Shown one piece after another: positions 1 through 8,971 of a stretch of DNA of 64,000 nucleotides (its first letter is position 1; every line of letters begins with the position of its first letter). Origin of the DNA: Obrimoposthia wandeli (Eukaryota). The DNA lies in assembly GCA_977020255.1 (NCBI GenBank), contig CDROCS010000506.1, positions 1,612,001 to 1,676,000 on the forward strand, written 5' to 3'. Made by a program: the position numbers and the translations under genes. The notes beneath the pieces were generated by a model, which had not been told where the DNA came from, ran no database searches, and saw only the letters and a list, made by a program, of their open reading frames with translations.

Positions 1-236
1 TCGTTATAAACCGTTTTATCTAAAATACCAAATTCAACATTACGTTTTAAACACTGATTGAGCACTTTAGTCGTCAGCCCTGCTACATTCCGCACCATTT
101 CACCGGGTCTATTCACGTCATTAGCCAGTAATTGATAGACAGTCAACGACCATTTACAGCCATAAATACTTTCAACCATTCTTGCGCTATTTTCAGGTGC
201 TGCTTTTCTTACAAATATTTTTTCTTTGTTATTCAT
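1..236 (-). CDS. HxlR-family winged-helix transcriptional regulator (runs off left edge)
   Basis: Not in ORF track. Manual translation from ATG at 236: MNNKEKIFVRKAAPENSARMVESIYGCKWSLTVYQLLANDVNRPGEMVRNVAGLTTKVLNQCLKRNVEFGILDK; GCKW and recognition-helix pattern of HxlR; divergent from an SDR gene. Confidence 0.8.
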   Translation of the reverse strand, partial: MNNKEKIFVRKAAPENSARMVESIYGCKWSLTVYQLLANDVNRPGEMVRNVAGLTTKVLNQCLKRNVEFGILDKTVYN

Positions 237-242
237 AAAGAT

Positions 243-275
243 GTACCAATAAGTACCTGGGTTACCAATAAGTAC
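243..275. promoter_or_regulatory. Duplicated operator-like motif (TACCAATAAGTAC x2) between HxlR gene and SDR gene
   Basis: Exact 13-bp direct repeat at 244-256 and 263-275, in a short divergent intergenic region. Confidence 0.55.
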
Positions 276-338
276 TTACTATTTAATGAGTTAATTAGCG
301 TCTAAGATTACCACATACCAAAACTTAGGAGAAAGAAA

Positions 339-1106
339 ATGACATTTACACAATCAGGAATTGCACTCATCATTGGTGGCTCAAGTGGCATGGGCTTTGA
401 AACAGCAAAACAGCTTGTAGAAAACAAAGTACCCGTGGTTATTATTGGTAATAATCAAAAAAAATTAGATAACGCAGTTGCCCAGTTAAATGAAATTGGT
501 GAGGCTTCAGGTATTCAATTAAACTTATATGATAAAGACAGCGTGGCTAAATTTATTACTGATATTGCCGTGCAAGAACATAATATTAGCTATCTTGTTA
601 ACTCCGCTGGCTATTTTAATCCTAAGCCTTTTATCGAACATACAGAACAAGACTACGACCTGTATCATGAATTAAATAAAGCGACTTTTTTGCTCACGCA
701 AGCCGTAACAAAACGCATGATCAACAATGGTGGTGGTAATGTTGTTAACATTGGTTCTATGTGGGGAAAACAAGCGATTAAAGCCACACCGTCTTCAGCT
801 TATTCAATGGCGAAAGCAGGTCTACATGCTTTAACGAAAAATATGGCGATGGAATTGGCAGAACACAATATTAGAGTAAACGCGGTATCGCCTGCGGTGG
901 TCAAAACACCAATATATGAAACATTCATCAGCCCAGCAGACATGGAAGCAACATTAGCCAGCTTTAACGATTTCCACCCTATCGGTCGGGTCGGTACACC
1001 GGAAGACATAGCGAACAGTATTTGCTTCTTACTTTCCGATCAATCAAGTTGGGTAACAGGTGCTATTTGGGATGTAGACGGTGGCGTGATCGCGGGTCGA
1101 AATTAA
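339..1106 (+). CDS. Short-chain dehydrogenase/reductase (SDR)
   Basis: GGSSGMG Rossmann motif, VNSAG, YSMAK catalytic YxxxK, NAVSP and DVDGG motifs. Confidence 0.92.
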   Translation: MTFTQSGIALIIGGSSGMGFETAKQLVENKVPVVIIGNNQKKLDNAVAQLNEIGEASGIQLNLYDKDSVAKFITDIAVQEHNISYLVNSAGYFNPKPFIEHTEQDYDLYHELNKATFLLTQAVTKRMINNGGGNVVNIGSMWGKQAIKATPSSAYSMAKAGLHALTKNMAMELAEHNIRVNAVSPAVVKTPIYETFISPADMEATLASFNDFHPIGRVGTPEDIANSICFLLSDQSSWVTGAIWDVDGGVIAGRN

Positions 1107-1254
1107 TAATAAAGAGTCGGTTGACTGTAAATGCTGAGTTATGTTCAGTATTTTAACAGCAACACTTAAGTTCTCATGAAGGGGTTTCAGTATGTTGTTA
1201 CCCCGTCATAATTTCGCTAATATACCTAAAGCCTATTATCTTTAAGTATTAGCG

Positions 1255-1848
1255 ATGACGTCATCAATGAATCTAGAATTATTTTCTCGAGAACCGCAAC
1301 AACAACTCTTACCCTATGATGGCGAAGCTTGGCTGTATCCCAATTTTTTTACTGATCTAGATTTAGCTGAACTTAACTCCAGTATTCAATGGCAAGAACA
1401 GCAACTTTTTATGTACGATCAATGGGTAATACCAAAACGATTAGTCTGTCTGTATACCAATAAAAAACACAGTTATAACAACATGACCCATCCAATCTTA
1501 GATTGGCCAACATCACTGTTGCAGCTAGCTAATAAAATAACAGCGGTACATGGTGAAGAATTTAATGCTGTGTTATGTAACTTATACCGTAATGGTAGTG
1601 ATTATGTGGGTTGGCATAGTGATGATGAAAATAACATGGATCAGAGCTGTATCGCCTCCGTTAGTGTTGGCGCTACACGCAGTTTCAAATTTCGCCACAA
1701 AACCACAAAAGAGCAAGTTTCAGTGGAACTAGAACAAGGAGATTTACTGCTAATGCGTTATTGCCAACAGCATTGGCATCACGCCTTACCCAAGCGACTT
1801 AAAGTTGATACATCTCGTATTAATTTGACGTTTCGGCGTATTATTTGA
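1255..1848 (+). CDS. AlkB-family 2OG-Fe(II) dioxygenase (alkylated DNA repair type)
   Basis: LCNLYRNG, GWHSDDE (HxD), WHHALP distal His, RINLTFR 2OG-binding motif. Confidence 0.88.
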   Translation: MTSSMNLELFSREPQQQLLPYDGEAWLYPNFFTDLDLAELNSSIQWQEQQLFMYDQWVIPKRLVCLYTNKKHSYNNMTHPILDWPTSLLQLANKITAVHGEEFNAVLCNLYRNGSDYVGWHSDDENNMDQSCIASVSVGATRSFKFRHKTTKEQVSVELEQGDLLLMRYCQQHWHHALPKRLKVDTSRINLTFRRII

Positions 1849-2046
1849 GTTTTATAATATTTACTGATTATTTTAAATTTTCATCAAACGAGGTTCGTTC
1901 AACGGTCATCTACGTTAACTTTAATGAGATAGCTTTGTGCATGTTAAAGTATCGGATATAGGCGAAGAAATTAACCTAAGGGTGATAACTGAGTTTCTAG
2001 GACATGTAAGGGAATAGATAGTCCCAAAACAATAAATAGCCACCAA

Positions 2047-2928
2047 TTAAACAACTTTCAATTGGTGCTTACGACTGCAGGACCAACGGAAATAGTCTCT
2101 AACCACAGAGGAAAACATCTGAGTAAGGGAATTATCAGCATGGTCATTATACGCCATAGAAATTTCTAAATTACCCAAAGGGGGAAATCCCTCAGCTTCA
2201 GTTAATACTTTAAAATCCTGATTAGATGTACTCGCCAAAATTGCTGAAACATAATATCCCGATGATACTGCTGCAAGAATACCAGCATGGCTAGAACTGT
2301 GGAAACCCATAGTATAATCCTTTCCTACCTGCACTAATCCATTTAAGGCTATTTCACGATCAGCGCAACCTTCAGAGAACAAAGCGAGCGGCACGGGAGT
2401 CTTTTTATATATGTCGGACGTACGAGAACACATCCACAGCAAGGGTTCTACATGTAACGTTTCACTATTTATATGACTTGGACAACATTGTGTCAGCACT
2501 ATATCTAGCTGTCCTTTTTCATACATCGACCAAATAGATTCGCTGTAATCACAATGCACTTCAATTTGTAACCCGGGGTAGCGCTCTGCACACGACATCA
2601 ATATATCTTTCAAAAAACAGGTAGCGTAAGTATCTGAAGTGCCTATACGTAACCAACCTTTCGGTTGATTTTCGCATAAAGCCAAAACCGCCTCGTCATT
2701 AATAGACAGCATTTTAACTGCATAAGGCAATAACCGCTCCCCTTGAGCAGTCAACTTCACACCGTTGCGATTTCGTATAAATAAAATAGCACCGACTTGT
2801 TTCTCTAACTTCTGAATTTGCTGGCTGATTGCGGATTGGACTCGACACAAACGTTCAGAAGATTTTGAAAAGCTCTTAAGTTCTGCCACTGTCACAAATG
2901 CTCTTAACTGAGATGTATCGAAGTTCAT
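2047..2928 (-). CDS. LysR-family transcriptional regulator
   Basis: N-terminal HTH (LRAFVTVAELKSFSKSSERL...QSAISQQIQKLE), LRIG, LDIVL; 293 aa. Confidence 0.93.
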   Translation of the reverse strand: MNFDTSQLRAFVTVAELKSFSKSSERLCRVQSAISQQIQKLEKQVGAILFIRNRNGVKLTAQGERLLPYAVKMLSINDEAVLALCENQPKGWLRIGTSDTYATCFLKDILMSCAERYPGLQIEVHCDYSESIWSMYEKGQLDIVLTQCCPSHINSETLHVEPLLWMCSRTSDIYKKTPVPLALFSEGCADREIALNGLVQVGKDYTMGFHSSSHAGILAAVSSGYYVSAILASTSNQDFKVLTEAEGFPPLGNLEISMAYNDHADNSLTQMFSSVVRDYFRWSCSRKHQLKVV

Positions 2929-3064
2929 ATACCCACCGTTGTATTACAGTTTGTGATTTAACTAATCATTATTATTAATTTTTATAATGGTAATTGCAAT
3001 GCTAGTTTAGCCTTTGAAAAATCACTTCAATTTAAAATCAATAAATACAAAAAGGTATAGATTT

Positions 3065-3288
3065 ATGGCTTCTCACATCCTTGGTAAAATCGACTTAGCA
3101 CGCTTTCAGTTTATCGAAAATAAATTCGAGAATAATGATTCGCCAGCAAGTAACGTGGAAGTTGAAAACAGTCGAGAAAACGTACTGATGATAATGATCT
3201 TGTTATTAAAAGCCAGAAAATGAAACGTTATTTAATCGAGCATCGTGAAATGAACGAACGCTTCACTATTAATTCTTGGGCTGCATAA
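3065..3288 (+). pseudogene. Internally deleted, frameshifted relic of an L-proline hydroxylase-like 2OG-Fe(II) dioxygenase
   Basis: Frame from ATG 3065 begins MASHILGKIDL; a second frame ending at TAA 3288 reads RTDDNDLVIKSQKMKRYLIEHREMNERFTINSWAA. Both resemble my recollection of the termini of Streptomyces proline 3-hydroxylase (MRSHILGKIEL...; ...ERFSLTSW). Only 224 bp remain. Confidence 0.7.
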
Positions 3289-3304
3289 CATAGAGGATAG
3301 ATCG

Positions 3305-4189
3305 ATGTTAAATCTAGAAAAAATCTCACCAATACTCTTTCTTCTCATGTGGAGCAGTGGCGCTATTTTCGTAAAAATGGGATTAGAAGATGCATCGGTC
3401 TGGTCATTTCTGACATTACGAGTCACTGGTGCCTTCGTATTAATTACCATAATTTCCATATTCTGGCGAGGCTCACAATTTACTTCATTAGCTAGCTTAC
3501 AGCGCCCTAGTCTGATGAAACTGTTATTGTCCGGTTTTCTATTACAGGTGTGTTATCAAGGTAGCTACTTTCTTGCCATTCATTATCAACTTTCCCCAGG
3601 AATAGTGGCTATGGTGCTGGGATTACAGCCTCTATTAACACCATTTTTGAGTAAAGAACATGTCTCATTAAAAAGCTATCTTACGCTCATCTTAGGTTTT
3701 GCAGGATTAATTATTGCTGTATATGGCGCTAGAGATATTAGCCAGATTACCTTCTTAGGACTACTATTCGCTGTTGCGGCGGTGTTAGCTATTACTACGG
3801 GATCTGTGTATCAAAAACAAATTCAAGTTCACCCTATTGCGTCTGCATTAATTCAAAATGCTTTTGCAGCGTGCATATTTTTAGTTATTTCATTGTCGGT
3901 TGGCTGGGAAGTAAATTGGACGACACAATTTATAATTTCTGCAGCATGGATGATTGGCGTGGTCTCGACAGGTGCAATCTTGTTACTACTGTATATGCTA
4001 ACCAAAAATTCTGCCAGCAGTGTCAGTGTATTGTTTTATCTTGTACCTATTCTAACGATGGCATTTGATTATATGGCCTTCGGCACGACCATCACAATAA
4101 CAACAGTATTCGGTTCGGGCATGGTTATTGGTTCGATCTATTTGTTCAGACAACCAACGATGGCGCCAAAATTAACGAAAATTAATTAA
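3305..4189 (+). CDS. EamA/DMT-family transporter (probable amino-acid or metabolite exporter)
   Basis: About 10 hydrophobic segments in two EamA repeats, LLMWSSGAIFVKMG and LQPLLT motifs; RBS AGAGGA upstream. Confidence 0.88.
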   Translation: MLNLEKISPILFLLMWSSGAIFVKMGLEDASVWSFLTLRVTGAFVLITIISIFWRGSQFTSLASLQRPSLMKLLLSGFLLQVCYQGSYFLAIHYQLSPGIVAMVLGLQPLLTPFLSKEHVSLKSYLTLILGFAGLIIAVYGARDISQITFLGLLFAVAAVLAITTGSVYQKQIQVHPIASALIQNAFAACIFLVISLSVGWEVNWTTQFIISAAWMIGVVSTGAILLLLYMLTKNSASSVSVLFYLVPILTMAFDYMAFGTTITITTVFGSGMVIGSIYLFRQPTMAPKLTKIN

Positions 4190-4568
4190 CCAATCCAGTT
4201 CGACACCAGATAACCTTAACTTAATTTCAGTAAGTTAAAATTGTACCGTATAGCTCTTAAAATATGGTCTCTTTAAAGTACAGGAGCAAATTTTATAAGC
4301 GTCATAACATGAATAAGTTCATTCATAACACGGGATTCGAATCATTCAAAACTGCCGTATTATTATACGTAAATATAAAATTCACAAATAATAGTCGATC
4401 TAGATCACACAGAATGAAATTAGATAAGTGTTTGAGAAACAAATGAAAATAACATGTACCTCAAAAGTAGTGTTGAAATTTAACCTGTTTTTTAAAAATG
4501 GTGTGATTTTGTTAAATGTAATTGAATGATATCTTAAATGCCATGCACATTTTTTAATGGAATAATTA

Positions 4569-5036
4569 ATGAAAGCCGAGCTTACTAATTTAGATTTACA
4601 ACAACTTGAAGATAAGTTATTTGATGAATCAACATCTGAAGAATTTTTAGCGTCACTTAAAGCATCCGCTGTAGATAATGCCGATATTAGCGAACTCATG
4701 TACCGCTATTATCTCTGTGCGGTTGACTACCCTAACGCCATCCCTTTTTTAAAACTAGCTGATACATTTAATGATGGTTACGCTCAGCTTTGTCTAGCAT
4801 CACTTTACCAGCAAGGTAAACATTGTGATAAAGATGAAGATTATGCATTTAAATTATTTGAAAAGGCCGCTGCTAATGGGGAAGCAGAAGCACAGCATGA
4901 ATTAGCCCTACAGTTAATCTTTAATGCCTGTGATCTAGAAGATGAAGATATTAAATTAGGTCATTACTGGCTCAATGAAGCAGTGCTAAACGGCAATGCT
5001 GACTCTGAAATACTTCTTGCGACACTCAGCCATTAA
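4569..5036 (+). CDS. Acidic Sel1-like repeat protein
   Basis: Sel1-type repeats AQLCLASLYQQGKHCDKDEDYAFKLFEKAAANG and AQHELAL...GHYWLNEAVLNG; no signal peptide. Confidence 0.7.
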   Translation: MKAELTNLDLQQLEDKLFDESTSEEFLASLKASAVDNADISELMYRYYLCAVDYPNAIPFLKLADTFNDGYAQLCLASLYQQGKHCDKDEDYAFKLFEKAAANGEAEAQHELALQLIFNACDLEDEDIKLGHYWLNEAVLNGNADSEILLATLSH

Positions 5037-5381
5037 ACATAATGCATCGAAATTGATGCCGTATTGTTCTAGAAAAGATAAAGGGGTTGGGATGATGAGC
5101 TCATCACATCCCCTACGGTAAAATCACACAACTTCATATAGCATATGCACTTTCAGTAATACCAATCATGATGAAATAACGCCACGACCTCAACATCAAT
5201 AAATTCCCCGAATTACCCATAGCAATAGACCCCACAATGTGACTCTATTGTTTAAGCCTGAATCAAAATTAATAAAGTACTAGAACCTGTTTCAGGTCGT
5301 CCTAAATCTTGTTCAAGGGCGTTTTTTATCATGTACATAGACATACTGAGCTTCTTTTAATTTAAATCAGGAGTTATTCAA

Positions 5382-6401
5382 ATGAAATTGTCTACAGTAC
5401 TCATTATCATATTTATATCTATTACTAAGGGAGCCTCAGCCAGCTCTATTGGATTTCAACAATTCGAGTTAAGTGATGATGTTACTCGCCCACTAGATAT
5501 AACGATATGGTATCCCACCTTACAAAATTCGGTATCAACCTCAATCGCTGAAAATATTGTTTTTGTTGGTACACAAGTAATCAAGAATGCCTCAATCCCC
5601 GTCCAAAAGTACCCCCTTGTATTACTATCTCATGGATACCGCGGCAACTGGCGAAATCTAAACTGGCTAGCAAGTAAGTTGGCACTAAAAGGGTTTATAG
5701 TTGTAGCTCCCAATCATCCAGGTACCACAACGTTTGACCATTCTGCATCGCAAGCATCGCAGTGGTGGCAACGTCCTCACGATTTGGTGCGCGTATTAGA
5801 TCACCTACTGGAAGATACAGCTTGGCGCGCCGTGGTAGATTCTGAAAGCGTATCAGCTATCGGTCACTCGATGGGAGGCTGGAGCGTCATGCAATTAGTC
5901 GGCGCACAACTTGACCGCAAAACATTTCAAAAGCAGTGTCGGCTGTATCCCAACCCCAGAACCTGTGGATTAGGGAGCGAACTTGGACTAACTTCACCAC
6001 AGCTTGAAGAGCCAAAATCCCTTAACTTCTATGATCCTAGAATCAAAAAAGCAGTAATTTTAGATCTAGGTCTAGCACGAAGCTTCTCTATAGAAAGTAT
6101 GAGTAAGGTGAACACGCCAGTACTGATCCTAGGTGCAGGGATCGATATCGGGGATTTGCCCCAAACAATGGAATCCGGTTATTTGGCCGAACATCTACCA
6201 TTATTTAACCGCCGCTATAAGGTGTATGGACAGGCAATGCACTTCAGCTTCATGCAATTGTGCAAACCTAATGCAATAGCTCTCATCGAAGAGGAAACAC
6301 CAGGTGATGGAATTGTGTGTAAGGATGGTACAGGTATAAAAAGACAAGAATTACATAATCAGATCTTTAAGGATATTTTAGGTTTCATAACTCATTCATA
6401 A
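5382..6401 (+). CDS. Exported alpha/beta hydrolase (dienelactone-hydrolase / PAF-acetylhydrolase-like)
   Basis: Signal peptide, LLSHG, GHSMGG nucleophile elbow, HFSF catalytic His region. Confidence 0.85.
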   Translation: MKLSTVLIIIFISITKGASASSIGFQQFELSDDVTRPLDITIWYPTLQNSVSTSIAENIVFVGTQVIKNASIPVQKYPLVLLSHGYRGNWRNLNWLASKLALKGFIVVAPNHPGTTTFDHSASQASQWWQRPHDLVRVLDHLLEDTAWRAVVDSESVSAIGHSMGGWSVMQLVGAQLDRKTFQKQCRLYPNPRTCGLGSELGLTSPQLEEPKSLNFYDPRIKKAVILDLGLARSFSIESMSKVNTPVLILGAGIDIGDLPQTMESGYLAEHLPLFNRRYKVYGQAMHFSFMQLCKPNAIALIEEETPGDGIVCKDGTGIKRQELHNQIFKDILGFITHS

Positions 6402-6419
6402 CAAATTAACTGCATGTAA

Positions 6420-6459
6420 TATATAGGGTACTATCGTCAGTCTGGAAGTACCCTATATA
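6420..6459. terminator. 13-bp inverted repeat between convergent hydrolase and AraC genes
   Basis: TATATAGGGTACT-N14-AGTACCCTATATA. Confidence 0.55.
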
Positions 6460-6471
6460 AATTGAATATCA

Positions 6472-7527
6472 TTACGTTCCTAAAATCACTGCTGTATCAT
6501 ACCTATATACACTGGGTGTTTTCCCTGTAATACGCACAAATTCACGGTTAAAGTTCGACTTTGTTTGAAAACCAGAACTAAGATAGATATCAGTTATACT
6601 GTCTTCAGTACTAACAAGTAGCTTTTTAGCATATGTGATACGGTACTCATTGAGCACTTTAGAGATGTTCATGGCGCAAACTTGATTAACGGCCATTGAA
6701 ACTTGCCGCGCAGGGGTACCTATTTTCCGCGATAAACGACCCAAGGTTAAATTTGGATCGCGGAACGCTTCTTGTTCCTGCATCAGCGCATCAATTTTTC
6801 GTACAATGCTCTTAGCATCCAACTCTGACAGTCGAACACTTTTCAGGGGTGAATCAATACGACCATCAGTCGGATAATTTGGTTGTGAATCTGATAATGT
6901 CTCAGGCTCTGCTCTGGCTGTGCTGAAACTGACAATAATGACACCAACAACCACAGTTGGAATAAGAAGAAGATAACTAAGCGACAAGATGTATAGCGCA
7001 TGCTCTCCTCCGTAAACAAGAAAATCAAACGACAGCACGCCATCAATGCAAGCAGACACAAGTAACATAATACCTGCAATACGCTCCGAAAAGACCACTC
7101 GTTCAGCATCACAAATCCGAACATCTTCCGGGATCGACAATGAGTCACAAATAAGTAAAACACCATAGACCAAATAGAGCATAGTCAAAATAACATCTAT
7201 CGCATCAATCCAGAATTGGAACCAAAAGGAACATACAGTGATGACAATAGGTCCTGACAAGTGCAGTAACGAAATGCGTGCTCTGTAGTGTGCTTTAGCA
7301 AAAATATACCAAGCCGTAACTGGCAGACACGACGCGAAAATCGGTTGTAAGAATCTGAACATTGCCACATCAAACGTCCAGCGTAGTCCAACCACTAACG
7401 TACTTATTGCACACAAAATAATGAACAAAGAAGGCATTTTCCCCTCAATGGGCAGCTTGGTGAATAGAAGTATGGCTATAACCACAAGTAGCAGTGACAT
7501 GACAAAAGGTAGTGGGATGGCAAGCAT
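6472..7527 (-). CDS. Membrane-anchored AraC-family regulator
   Basis: Multiple N-terminal TM segments; C-terminal AraC HTH (LTLGRLSRKIG...; SITDIYLSSGFQTKSNFNREFVRITGKTPSVYR). Confidence 0.9.
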   Translation of the reverse strand: MLAIPLPFVMSLLLVVIAILLFTKLPIEGKMPSLFIILCAISTLVVGLRWTFDVAMFRFLQPIFASCLPVTAWYIFAKAHYRARISLLHLSGPIVITVCSFWFQFWIDAIDVILTMLYLVYGVLLICDSLSIPEDVRICDAERVVFSERIAGIMLLVSACIDGVLSFDFLVYGGEHALYILSLSYLLLIPTVVVGVIIVSFSTARAEPETLSDSQPNYPTDGRIDSPLKSVRLSELDAKSIVRKIDALMQEQEAFRDPNLTLGRLSRKIGTPARQVSMAVNQVCAMNISKVLNEYRITYAKKLLVSTEDSITDIYLSSGFQTKSNFNREFVRITGKTPSVYRYDTAVILGT

Positions 7528-7911
7528 TAAGATTCCATTATGATATTAAGGTCTGCGATAAGGTTATGTTTTTAACAACCGTATAAACAGTGATAAAATA
7601 TAACATCATGTATAGTAAGTTAAAATTAACAAAATGAGGATAATTATTTAAAGTAGGTTATATGTATATTTAATTAGCCTCCGTAAGACATCAAAAAACA
7701 ATCTTCAAAGTACAAGACGGTGTTAGATCTAGTGAACTATTTTCTTAAATAGCTTGAGTACAGATTCTGTATGCGAAAAAACTAATATGGACAGGAGTAA
7801 TTTTTCAAGAGTAATAAAGTGAGTTTATTGCTGAGTATAAATTTAGGGATATGACTTAAGGAAATACGAGGATAACTTGTCTTGGAAATAAATAGCATTG
7901 TGCCAGATACA

Positions 7912-7941
7912 ACAAAGCCCCAACTTTCGTTGAGGCTTTGT
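7912..7941 (-). terminator. Intrinsic terminator downstream of tRNA-Leu
   Basis: Minus strand ACAAAGCCTCAAC-GAAA-GTTGGGGCTTTGT, 10 nt after the tRNA CCA. Confidence 0.75.
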
Positions 7942-7951
7942 CATTTAAAGA

Positions 7952-8036
7952 TGGTGCCCGAGGGCGGACTTGAACCGCCACTCCTTTCGGAAGAGGATTT
8001 TGAATCCACCGCGTCTACCGATTTCACCACTCGGGC
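7952..8036 (-). tRNA. leuX: tRNA-Leu(CAA), 85 nt, long variable arm, encoded CCA
   Basis: Minus strand GCCCGAGTGGTGAAATCGGTAGACGCGGTGGATTCAAAATCCTCTTCCGAAAGGAGTGGCGGTTCAAGTCCGCCCTCGGGCACCA; acceptor stem GCCCGAG/CTCGGGC, T-arm GGCGG-TTCAAGT-CCGCC, anticodon CAA. Confidence 0.96.
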
Positions 8037-8305
8037 ATAGCTCAGTATTATACATAGCAAACGAGGCCAAGCAAGCCGTTTCTCATATTCATAAAATCAA
8101 CTGTTCAAAATTAAAGCAAACTGCATATTTAAATGCAATAAAGTCACTGAACAACATCCAATACCTTAAATATCAGTGCCGTTGCTAATATTAGATGTCG
8201 ATTGCTATCCACCAGCACTGACTATTTAGCACTACCAAGATTACCGTTTTTTGCTACACTGTTCCCACTTTCGAGATAACCCTGAAGACATGGCTGGATT
8301 CAATA

Positions 8306-8863
8306 ATGGCGAAGAAAAATAAACTCAGAAAACCAACACACACACCTGTAACTGAAGCAGGCGAAACCGCATCAATTGCAAAATTTGGCCCGCGTATCGG
8401 TGCACTTGTCTATGACGCATTGATTGTTATTGGCATCGCGGCTGTCGCTGGTGCAGTAGGACTTGGCATTGCCGAAGCATTAATCGCATCAGGTATAGTC
8501 GACATTGCAGGACGTTATGTGGATGGCGCTGATTATGCGGGTAGCCAACTTTGGTTCGCAATCTTAGTATGGGGTTCAGTAGCTGGATTCTACCTGTGGT
8601 TCTGGACGCACGGCGGCCAAACAGTGGGTATGCGCGCTTGGCGTCTACGCGTACAAAATGCCGATGGCAGTGCAATTAGCCTAACCCAAGCTGTGATTCG
8701 TTTAGCAACTTCAGCCTGTGGTTTAGGTAACTTACAAGTACCGTTTGATATGAAGAACCGTGCCTTTCAAGATCACTGGTCAAACTGTAATGTATTACGT
8801 TTAAGCAAAGATCAAAACGGTTCATTATTACGTTATGCTGATAAATTGAAAAAGAAGAAATAA
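8306..8863 (+). CDS. RDD-family membrane protein
   Basis: RIGALVYD, GGQTVGMRAWRLRV, FQDHWS motifs; usual position beside lptG. Confidence 0.85.
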   Translation: MAKKNKLRKPTHTPVTEAGETASIAKFGPRIGALVYDALIVIGIAAVAGAVGLGIAEALIASGIVDIAGRYVDGADYAGSQLWFAILVWGSVAGFYLWFWTHGGQTVGMRAWRLRVQNADGSAISLTQAVIRLATSACGLGNLQVPFDMKNRAFQDHWSNCNVLRLSKDQNGSLLRYADKLKKKK

Positions 8864-8910
8864 TCGCATTACATTGTGCTTAACAGCACGAAGCATTAAT
8901 CAGCAGACAC

Positions 8911-8940
8911 AAAAATGGCAACCAATTGGTTGCCATTTTT
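8911..8940. terminator. Bidirectional terminator (perfect 30-bp palindrome)
   Basis: AAAAATGGCAACCAATTGGTTGCCATTTTT between convergent RDD and lptG. Confidence 0.8.
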
Positions 8941-8971
8941 TTCGCGCTAAATTTTATAACTAAACGCTCAC

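Noticed and set aside
1849-2046. Possible gene remnant between alkB-like and lysR
   Set aside because: Manual translation gave only short, stop-ridden frames with no recognisable motif.
3014-3223. 69-aa ORF from the track as a real small protein
   Set aside because: It is the first frame of the hydroxylase relic plus out-of-frame tail; better described as a pseudogene.
4325-4345. CACGGGATTCGAATC resembling a reversed tRNA T-arm or att site
   Set aside because: Only about 13 nt, no acceptor stem or CCA, and it does not match the tRNA-Leu 3-prime end.
4264-4446. 60-aa ORF and other short intergenic ORFs (e.g. 7970-8188, 47705-47980)
   Set aside because: No motifs; AT-rich, or overlapping tRNA-Leu or rpsF on the opposite strand.
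5280-5296. TAGAACCTGTTTCA as an IS terminal repeat
   Set aside because: No partner repeat or transposase fragment nearby.
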